Assembly (NCBI RefSeq): GCF_051877095.1
Contig: NZ_JBJEIO010000009.1
Span: 47,874 to 111,873 of the forward strand
Length of the DNA: 64,000 nucleotides
Source: Methanobrevibacter sp.
GTDB lineage: Archaea > Methanobacteriota > Methanobacteria > Methanobacteriales > Methanobacteriaceae
Direction: 5' to 3'
In this document: piece after piece, positions 1 to 7,365 of the stretch
Layout: each line of letters begins with the position of its first letter
Position numbering within the stretch: position 1 is the stretch's first letter
Notes under the pieces: model-generated
Databases searched by the model: none
What the model saw: the letters and a program-made list of their open reading frames with translations, nothing else
Told to the model about the DNA's origin: nothing
Translations under genes and position numbers: made by a program

Positions 1-181
1 TACAATCGGGATTTTCAAGGTTTTTATAGGTGTATGGTATAAATACTCTTGCTTCATCGTATTTGTATCCTTTTGCTTTTAATGTATCATCTACTTTATA
101 GCTTGAAAGTTCTTGAATTGATTTATATCTGTCATATTCATCAGTCTTGTTTATATTTTTATCAAATTTTTCTTCTTTCAT
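1..181 (-). CDS. Hypothetical protein, N-terminal 60 aa (runs off the window edge)
   Basis: GGTGA RBS at 186-190 then ATG at 181: MKEEKFDKNINKTDEYDRYKSIQELSSYKVDDTLKAKGYKYDEARVFIPYTYKNLENPDC..., open to position 1; follows the primase stop by 12 nt. Confidence 0.7.
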   Translation of the reverse strand, partial: MKEEKFDKNINKTDEYDRYKSIQELSSYKVDDTLKAKGYKYDEARVFIPYTYKNLENPDC

Positions 182-193
182 AATATCACCTTT

Positions 194-1365
194 TCATTGG
201 AGATGGAATATCTCCTTTAAATTCATTAACATTTCGTTTTTAGTCTTTGAGCCAGTTACTTGCATGATAAAATCGTATTTGTTAAGATTTACGCCGCAAG
301 CGCTGCAATAAAAACGATTTTTAAATACAACTGCGCTAGGATGGTTATCATCATGAAATGGGCAGCAGTAAGTATTTCTATTTTCATATTTAGCTACTGG
401 TTCGCCTAAGGTTAAAATAGCTAAATCTCTTAAGTCAACATTTTCAAATAAATCATCACTATGGTTAGTTTTACGTATTGCTATGCGTTTTTTATTTTCT
501 AGCTTTGTCTCCTTATTTAAATCATCATTTAATGATACTAATAAATCATTGAAAGAGTTAGGGGCATAATAATCATCAATATTGAATTCAATAGGTTTGT
601 TTTCATTTTTGATTATTTTATCGAGAGTATCCTCATAACTTAGGTCATTTGGTATTGGTTGACAATATAGTTTTGTTTTTGAGTTAATGCTGTAAGGGAC
701 TCGTTGAAGTCGCCTATGTGCATCACGATTTACAGCAATGTCAAGAGTATCTAAACCTAATGTTTTTTGAAAAACACTAGCTAAATGTTGGCTAATTTTA
801 CCAATTGATTTAGCTGCAACTCCCTAAAGAAAACATTAACATGAAAACCTTTGCTTCCGCTAGCAATAAGATATGCATTAATCTCTTTATTTCGTAAGTA
901 ATTGCATAGTTCGATAGCTTCTCTAAAAGGTTTTTCAAGCAGATCTTCATCAAAAATTAAAGATCTATATTCACTTTGCAGTGTCTTGATTTTTTCGCTT
1001 CTAGTTTTACCAACTAAATTTGATTGTACCTCAATAATTTCTTTTTTAATTGCTGAAGCTCTTTTATCTGTTACATCAAAGTCAAAGAATAATCTATCGG
1101 AGTACCTTTTACTGTTATCGTTCTTTTCGTATTCTGGTAAAGTTTTATAATAGCTAATCTCTGCTGCAAGAAGACCATGTACTCCAGAACGATATTTCAA
1201 ATTTAAAAAGTTGAAAAATGTCTCTGATGGGTCAACATTATCTTTATAATGTTTGCAATTTAAAAAAAGAGGTTGTGATATCTCATGAAGGTATCTAACA
1301 TCCCTATAATAATTACCATTGTAATAATCTCGATGGTAATCTCTTAAGGTATACATTTTAACCAT
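194..1365 (-). pseudogene. Archaeo-eukaryotic primase-polymerase (AEP) with C-terminal CHC2-type zinc finger, frameshifted at ~823-825
   Basis: Frame 1 (1365-826): motif I LFFDFD and motif II SGSKGFH. Shifted frame (823-194, 209 aa, no start codon): motif III region DIAVNRDAHRRLQRVPYSINSKT and CPFHDDNHPS...FYCSACG. One extra base in the AGGG run would join them into ~390 aa. Confidence 0.85.
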
Positions 1366-3742
1366 CTCCTAATAGCTTTTTAAAATCATCACTAGCTCTG
1401 TAGTAAGTTTCATCATCTACTTTGTTTTCTAACACTAATTGTGAATTTAATAAATCATTTATACATTTGCCTACAGCAATAGATAGAAAATCAATAGATG
1501 TATCATCAGTGTTGTAATTTTCATGTATTTCATCTGTCAGTTGCTTTGCGGTTAAATTTCCTTTAATCAAGCATAAACCAATGTTGCGCGCAAGTTCAGG
1601 ATTTTTCATCGTGCCTGTATTGGTTGTTATATCTAAGTTAGCACCCTTCTTTGAGCTTTGTTTTTCAAAAACAGTATTTTTAGAAGCTTTTGTGGGGGTG
1701 TGAAATTCACTCGAAGTTGGGTTAATATTCAATATTTTTGAATTTTTCAATTCTGAACCAATATCTTTTACATAAGATAAATCATTATATTTTGCTTTAT
1801 CCAGGTTAACGGAATATTTGTCATAATTGAAATTGCTAACTGCAACATTTATAAAATTATAATAAGAATTGTAGTCATTAATGTCGAGTTCATTTGAATA
1901 ATTTTCACAATAAAAATTAAGGTATGCCCACCCCTCTTCATTTAAAGTAATATTACACAACATAAATAAAGAGTATAAAACGGTTTGTTTAAAATTTAAG
2001 CTATTAATTTGGTTGCTATTTTTAATTTCGCAACCTACACAACTCCTTTTTTTATCACCCTCTTTTATTTTGTAGTATATCCAAGGTGATGATGATGAGC
2101 TATCTTTATCAAATAGTATCTTCCCTATCAAACCCATGTCTTCTAATGACTTAGCTGTACCCTGAGGATAATCTAAATAATTTCGTAGAGTACTTGATGC
2201 AATGCCTGTAGCTTTAGAAATGTTGCTTCTAGTGTATTCTTTTTCAAGGATTTCATTTTTCTCTTCTTTTGATTCCGCATCATTATACTTAGTTAATGCT
2301 TTTTTATGCTGGTCATGAGCTTCTTCATGGGTCTTTTCGGGTAAATATTCGAGTATTCTAATATGTTTATCGTTTAGTTTAAACTCTTGTATTTTTGCAG
2401 TTTTTTTCCATAATTCATTTACAAAGCTATAATCTTCATAAGAACCAATATAAATGTCTTTTTCACCGATTTTAACACTTTTTCTATTTAATGCATGAAA
2501 AAAAGTTTTAGATTTCACTAATGTAATAAATCCTTTTATATTTCTGTTGTTTAGTTCACTAGGGTCAAACAATAGTGTAAATGGGTTAAAAACATTAATG
2601 TCCATTTCAACTAGGTATTGGATAGCTGATTGGATTATTAACCTGCTTCTTTTGATAATTTCATTATTCTCAGAGTCTATGATGGTGTTAGTTTTGACTT
2701 TTCCTTTGATATTTTTCTTACTATCTTTTCCTGTGACAATGATGTTTAACTTATACAATCGGTTTAGAAGTTCTTCATCAATATTGTTCTTGGCATAAGT
2801 TAGTATAATTAGAAATTTGCCTTCTAAAGTAAAAGTTCGGGCTTTACCATCAATTACTGTCCTTAACTCTTTCACTGGTTTTTTATTATCTGCTAATTCT
2901 TTTATAACTTCAATCATTGATTCACTAAGGACAACATCGTCAAAAATCAAAATGTTGTATTTCCCATATGAATCGCGGTCATAATACACGTTTCTAGGAG
3001 AGATGTTCCGTACAATATTTATGTAGCATGGAGGGTAATTTTCTGATGTTTCGATAACTATATCAGTTTTTCCCACACCTGTGTCCGCATTAACTTCAGT
3101 ATGAACCGGCTGATCAATAAAGACAGATGAAAGTATTAATGCGAGTTGATTTGTAGCGTCCTTATTGCCTTCGTGAGTCCAAGAGATGTTGTCTATTGTA
3201 TTATCAAATAGTTTATCCTCTTCTAACATCTTAATAGCTTCTTCTTGAATTACTTTGTCATAATCTGTAAAGCTTATGGTATCTGGGCTTTGCTCTTCCA
3301 CTTCTTCGGCTTCTACTTTTTTTGGAAATTCAAAGTCGACTTCCTTTAAAACACTTAAACAATTGGCCTGGATAATAGATCTCTTAAAATTACTAACAAA
3401 TGAAATCAGTTCATCTTCATTAAATTCAAGGCCAGCGCTCTCGCTTGCTTTGAGTAGATTAGTAATTAGTTTCTTATCTTCTTCGTTAATTAATTTATCA
3501 CTTCTATAAATTGTTAAAGTCTGAAAACTATTGCCATTATATTTGGTCCATATATAGATAAGTTCTAACTTTTTACTTTCGTTTCTACTGAGTTTTAAAT
3601 AATTGTCTTGATTAAAAGGGATATACACTCCACTTTCATCAAATTTATAATTGATTAACTCGTCTGTTACTTTATAAATAGATTGATCATCTGCTATTTC
3701 TTTTTTAATAGCAACTTTAAGATCATCAAATTCTTCACGCAT
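1358..3742 (-). CDS. AAA+ (MCM-related/PS-II-like) ATPase, putative replicative helicase/initiator with winged-helix domains
   Basis: Walker A ADTGVGKT, Walker B ILIFDD, sensor/arginine-finger segment ILTYAKNNIDEELLNR; HTH-like SNISKATGIASSTLRNYL and a C-terminal wHTH; stop overlaps the primase start. Confidence 0.7.
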   Translation of the reverse strand: MREEFDDLKVAIKKEIADDQSIYKVTDELINYKFDESGVYIPFNQDNYLKLSRNESKKLELIYIWTKYNGNSFQTLTIYRSDKLINEEDKKLITNLLKASESAGLEFNEDELISFVSNFKRSIIQANCLSVLKEVDFEFPKKVEAEEVEEQSPDTISFTDYDKVIQEEAIKMLEEDKLFDNTIDNISWTHEGNKDATNQLALILSSVFIDQPVHTEVNADTGVGKTDIVIETSENYPPCYINIVRNISPRNVYYDRDSYGKYNILIFDDVVLSESMIEVIKELADNKKPVKELRTVIDGKARTFTLEGKFLIILTYAKNNIDEELLNRLYKLNIIVTGKDSKKNIKGKVKTNTIIDSENNEIIKRSRLIIQSAIQYLVEMDINVFNPFTLLFDPSELNNRNIKGFITLVKSKTFFHALNRKSVKIGEKDIYIGSYEDYSFVNELWKKTAKIQEFKLNDKHIRILEYLPEKTHEEAHDQHKKALTKYNDAESKEEKNEILEKEYTRSNISKATGIASSTLRNYLDYPQGTAKSLEDMGLIGKILFDKDSSSSSPWIYYKIKEGDKKRSCVGCEIKNSNQINSLNFKQTVLYSLFMLCNITLNEEGWAYLNFYCENYSNELDINDYNSYYNFINVAVSNFNYDKYSVNLDKAKYNDLSYVKDIGSELKNSKILNINPTSSEFHTPTKASKNTVFEKQSSKKGANLDITTNTGTMKNPELARNIGLCLIKGNLTAKQLTDEIHENYNTDDTSIDFLSIAVGKCINDLLNSQLVLENKVDDETYYRASDDFKKLLGDG

Positions 3743-3770
3743 TTTTTCCTCCTAAAAAAAATAATAAGCA

Positions 3771-3854
3771 TCCAAGGAGAAAAAGTATTTTAAATATTAG
3801 ACACATACATAGTTTTGCCGTTATGTGATGTGTTCATGTACTTTTCTACTTGAA
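3771..3854 (-). promoter_or_regulatory. Long imperfect hairpin in the leader of the helicase-primase genes
   Basis: Outer arms tccaaggagaaaaagta / tacttttctacttgaa and inner arms acacatacata / tatgtgatgtgt; ends ~30 nt upstream of the ATG at 3742. Confidence 0.45.
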
Positions 3855-3870
3855 TACATTACGTTTCTTT

Positions 3871-4041
3871 TTACATCAAATCTGATTCTCTTTCAGACTC
3901 GTAAAGAGCTTGTTCTATTAATTCGTCTTCAGATGGTTCATCTAGATCAAAATCTATAAAACCATACTTTTCACAATATCCGCAGTAATCGCATTTTTCA
4001 TACGGATACAACATACAGGGGTCACCTTTTTTATTCATCAT
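3871..4041 (-). CDS. Small acidic Cys-motif protein (47-56 aa), below the ORF-track cut-off
   Basis: (MMNKKGDPC)MLYPYEKCDYCGYCEKYGFIDFDLDEPSEDELIEQALYESERESDLM; GGTGA RBS before the ATG at 4014; CxxCxxC motif; fills the gap in the leftward operon. Confidence 0.55.
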   Translation of the reverse strand: MMNKKGDPCMLYPYEKCDYCGYCEKYGFIDFDLDEPSEDELIEQALYESERESDLM

Positions 4042-4453
4042 AAAAATCACCTCTAATAAAGAAATTTTCTTCTATTTCATCATAACTTGCGTCAAAAAAA
4101 CGCATATGATTATCTTCTAATAATCTGATTAATATTGAATCAAGATTTGCCATGCTGTTGTTAAGATGATTTATATTCAAATTTAAGAGACCTTGTTCAG
4201 CTTCGCCAGATTTCATATTGTCAATTATTTCTTCCAGTTCCTTTGCTGTAAATTCATCTTTTATTCCAGTATCGTGGTAGTATAGGATAGTATCAATTAA
4301 ATGTGTTGCTCTTATACTAATGCTAGTTCCATAATAAACAGCATTGTCAATGACTTTTCTAAGGTATACTAATTCAGTTATCATTTCTTGTACAGTTTCT
4401 TTTTTCATGTAATCGTTTTCAAAATCATTCTTCATTATCATCACCATTATCAA
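4031..4453 (-). CDS. Hypothetical acidic protein (likely start 4435)
   Basis: 140-aa ORF; GGTGA RBS before the ATG at 4435; overlaps both neighbours. Confidence 0.7.
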   Translation of the reverse strand: MIMVMIMKNDFENDYMKKETVQEMITELVYLRKVIDNAVYYGTSISIRATHLIDTILYYHDTGIKDEFTAKELEEIIDNMKSGEAEQGLLNLNINHLNNSMANLDSILIRLLEDNHMRFFDASYDEIEENFFIRGDFYDE

Positions 4454-4730
4454 ATATTGGTTCGATTTTTTCAGTTAACCATTCACTTTTATTACAAATT
4501 TTACAGTTTTTTTCTTCTATTTCACTTAATTCAATAATTAAACAATTTAAGACGACATGAAATCCTAGCAGGCAGTTGATAGCTTTTAAACCATCATCCC
4601 TTTCCATATCTATTGTTCTTGAATCAAATTGAGGCAATGAATCTAAATACTCGTTAAATGATATTAACAAGATATATAAATGATTCATCTCACCTTGTAG
4701 TTCATCTGTTTTTTCAACTAAATTTCTCAT
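4425..4730 (-). CDS. Hypothetical protein
   Basis: 101-aa ORF, first gene of the leftward operon; frame stays open ~14 codons upstream to a GAGGA motif followed by ATA. Confidence 0.65.
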   Translation of the reverse strand: MRNLVEKTDELQGEMNHLYILLISFNEYLDSLPQFDSRTIDMERDDGLKAINCLLGFHVVLNCLIIELSEIEEKNCKICNKSEWLTEKIEPIFDNGDDNEE

Positions 4731-4955
4731 ACTTTCCAGTTCTTCGTTTTTGATATTTTCGCTGTATATTATATCGTCCTCTTATATAGTGTAAATTTAA
4801 ATAATTTTTTTACAGAAGGCATTGATTTAAAAAACCTTCTTTCCACTACTTATATAGTCAACACATGATTATTTTTACTAATAATCTTCTATACTTGTGT
4901 GATGATTATTAGTTTATCGTTTAGCTTATTTATATGGCTTAGTTTTTCATAAAAT

Positions 4956-5024
4956 TGCGAATTATTCGGCGTAAGTGCGAATGCAGTATATTTAAATAAG
5001 TCATTTTTTTCGCATTTTTGCGAA
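4956..5024. promoter_or_regulatory. Putative operator: four TGCGAA hexamers around a TATA-like box in the divergent promoter region
   Basis: TGCGAA at 4956 and 4976 (20-bp spacing), palindrome TTCGCA-TTTT-TGCGAA at 5009-5024, TATATTTAAATA between them. Confidence 0.55.
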
Positions 5025-5090
5025 TTTTTTTGATACTTTAATAATTAATCTGGAATAGTATATTTACAGGAATTATCAAAATATAGTATT

Positions 5091-6284
5091 ATGAGACAGA
5101 TATTATCTAATGAAATTATCTATGAAGTGATTAAGTCATCAAACGTGTTACATAAGTCCATGATTAGTTTTATGTTTACTACTGGATTGAAACATGATAA
5201 ACTTAGAACTTTTAAAATTAAAGATTTATTACGTGCATGTAGTGCTTTTATGGATAATGGAGAATCTATTGATGATTTATTAAAGAAAAATTCATTAGAG
5301 ATTATTCCCTGTTGGAGAATATCTGATAGTTCTAATGTAGGAATTTGTTTTAACACTCCTGAAACCACCCAATATTTATTTGATTATTTAAAAGACAGAC
5401 AAAGATATGCTAATTTTAATGAAGAAAGTTATTTATTCAAAAATTATAATAAGGGTAATCCTGCTCTTAATGATGAAGAGCAATTAGAAAAAGATTTTAT
5501 TACAAAAGAATTAAGCCGTAAGAAAAAAGATTTAAACAAATTACATAATGGTGATGAAATACAGTTCAATCCAGGAAATATTACCTACACATTTATTAAA
5601 ATATGTAATGATCATTTAAAATTGGATGATTCAGATAAAAAAGAACTAATTGCTTTATTTCAAGCTAACACAACAAAAGAAAATAAATTTTATGATGACC
5701 CGAATATCAAAGAGTATTACACGGAATTAGTACAATATCTAACAATAGACCCTATATATGAATCTTATCATTATCCAGATGGTGACGATGGTGGCAGTGT
5801 TGAAGATGATGAAGAGAACAATGTTTATTCTGATTGGGATATTAAGCAAAAAATTGGTTCATATTACATGAACAATATTAAAACAGTGCATAAACTTGAT
5901 TATAATGAATATGATAGGTTATGTGGTATTGTATATGATTTAGCTATATATGATAGAGATTCTAAACACCACACGTTTATACTTAATGATGAATCATTGG
6001 ATAATTATTTTAAAAAAGCTAAAGTCCAAGTTCTAATTGAAGACTATACAGAAGAAATACATGTTCTAGTTAACGAAGGCAATATCGATGTTAAAATTAA
6101 TGAGATTATTCATTTAATGGATAAGATAGGTGTTCTTTATCTAATTCAAGATCATAATCATTTGATAAAGGTAATAAAAGAATACTTGACTTTCCCAATA
6201 CATGATTATGGGGAATTTGTAATCACTTCATCAGCCATAAATGATATCATAAATCTTTGTATTGATGGTTTTTTCATGAATTGA
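5091..6284 (+). CDS. Degenerate tyrosine-recombinase catalytic-domain homolog fused to an acidic C-terminal domain of unknown function
   Basis: SMISFMFTTGLKHDKLRTFKIKDLL resembles box I (R replaced by K); CFNTPETTQYLFDYLKDR and KEYYTELVQYLTI resemble methanogen integrases; the HxxR box is replaced by FNPGNITY; no N-terminal core-binding domain. Confidence 0.65.
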   Translation: MRQILSNEIIYEVIKSSNVLHKSMISFMFTTGLKHDKLRTFKIKDLLRACSAFMDNGESIDDLLKKNSLEIIPCWRISDSSNVGICFNTPETTQYLFDYLKDRQRYANFNEESYLFKNYNKGNPALNDEEQLEKDFITKELSRKKKDLNKLHNGDEIQFNPGNITYTFIKICNDHLKLDDSDKKELIALFQANTTKENKFYDDPNIKEYYTELVQYLTIDPIYESYHYPDGDDGGSVEDDEENNVYSDWDIKQKIGSYYMNNIKTVHKLDYNEYDRLCGIVYDLAIYDRDSKHHTFILNDESLDNYFKKAKVQVLIEDYTEEIHVLVNEGNIDVKINEIIHLMDKIGVLYLIQDHNHLIKVIKEYLTFPIHDYGEFVITSSAINDIINLCIDGFFMN

Positions 6285-6640
6285 TTTATGCTCTATTACA
6301 TGTTTAAAATAGCTATGTAAGACACGGAATGGATTTACTATGGTATGTATGTAAGACAGTAATTAGACTTGATTTCATTGAATATAGCTGATCATAAGGC
6401 TCTTGAATCGAATTTTCCGAGTGCTTATTTTTGTGATTTTGCTCCGCTTTTCTGCTGTTGTGTCAGCTGATTTTCCAGTTGCTCTGTTCTAATGGCTGTC
6501 GATTTCGTACTTTAGTACTTACTTATACAATTTCTTAATGGTGTTGTTGGTGTAGGTTCAGCAGTTTTTGTAGTGGTTGCTGATGTAGGTTCTGTTATTA
6601 TGGGCAGTTATATCATGTAACATATTAAAAATGCTCTTAC

Positions 6641-6867
6641 TTTTACACTTGAAATGATACCTCGAAAAAAAATTTAACTGTTTAAAATTCTTTGATTCAT
6701 CTATTCTATTTAGATAGCTACTTTTTTTCTAAATACTCTAATTTTAAATGTACTTCAAGTGTAAATAATAACTCTTCGTAAAATAGCTTGATTAGGTAAT
6801 TAGTAAATTTATGAACGAATTAAGTTAATCAGGGTAAGTATATTTGTTTAATTTTTACACTTGAAAT
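6641..6867. repeat. Three copies of TTTACACTTGAA (two direct 15-mers, one inverted 12-mer)
   Basis: ttttacacttgaaat at 6641-6655 and 6853-6867; ttcaagtgtaaa (reverse complement) at 6754-6765. Confidence 0.85.
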
Positions 6868-7169
6868 AACACTTCTCCGTTGAGTTTGAGGGCTTAATTC
6901 TAAATTTTTGGTGGGTCATCTATATGTTGTGGGAGAGATACTTAATTTTTACAATACTCTATAAAATAAAGAAAGAAAGAGGTAATCATTTGCATGGTTA
7001 AGCAACTAAGTATCATGAATACTTGAATGTATATTGAATATGGTGGGGGTAAAATCAACTATGAATTTTGGTTGGTTGCTCCGATTGGAAAATAAAGCTC
7101 AAATTCGGCTCTGATTCATATTGATAAAAACCCCAAAATCGAGCTTATTTTTTGGACCAAAAAATTGTG

Positions 7170-7199
7170 TTTTTGCAAGTGTATAAACACTTACAAAAA
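7170..7199. repeat. Near-perfect palindrome (13-bp arms, 1 mismatch; also parses as 11-8-11)
   Basis: tttttgcaagtgt-ataa-acacttacaaaaa; the arms resemble the ACACTTGAA repeat upstream. Confidence 0.85.
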
Positions 7200-7204
7200 T
7201 TAAT

Positions 7205-7356
7205 TTAGAAACATTTTATTTTGTATGCATAGCTAAGTGTTGGTAGAGTAAGAACTCTTTTAATGTTGTTTCATACTTTCTGATTAATATTGTTTGTTTT
7301 CCTTGTCCTAAAGCTTCAATTTTTCCATTTCATTCGTTTATACGTTTTATTTTCAT
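7205..7356 (-). pseudogene. DUF1802-like (ASCH/PUA-like) gene remnant, N-terminus only
   Basis: MKIKRINE*NGKIEALGQGKQTILIRKYETTLKEFLLY then frameshift to (P)TLSYA; resembles the DUF1802 N-terminal signature xEWxxxxEALxxGxQxILxRK...FLLYPT; TGA at 7330-7332 at the Trp position. Confidence 0.7.
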
Positions 7357-7365
7357 TATGTTTGT

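Noticed and set aside
815-835. Programmed -1 ribosomal frameshift in the primase gene
   Set aside because: No X XXY YYZ heptamer; the alternative frame has TAG at the TTT AGG position, so a shift would need tRNA-Arg to re-pair on UAG; the GGG run is too short for convincing transcriptional slippage. A 1-bp deletion or assembly error is simpler.
902-3509. Plus-strand ORFs 902-1150, 2547-2798 and 3276-3509
   Set aside because: Antisense shadows of the primase and helicase genes; Ser/Leu/Phe-rich, no RBS, no motifs.
6641-7199. CRISPR array
   Set aside because: Repeats are only 12-15 bp, in mixed orientation, ~100 bp apart, with no cas genes. No array was seen anywhere in the window.
7330-7332. 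In-frame TGA as selenocysteine or Trp recoding
   Set aside because: The same ORF also has a frameshift and is truncated, and all other genes use TGA as stop.
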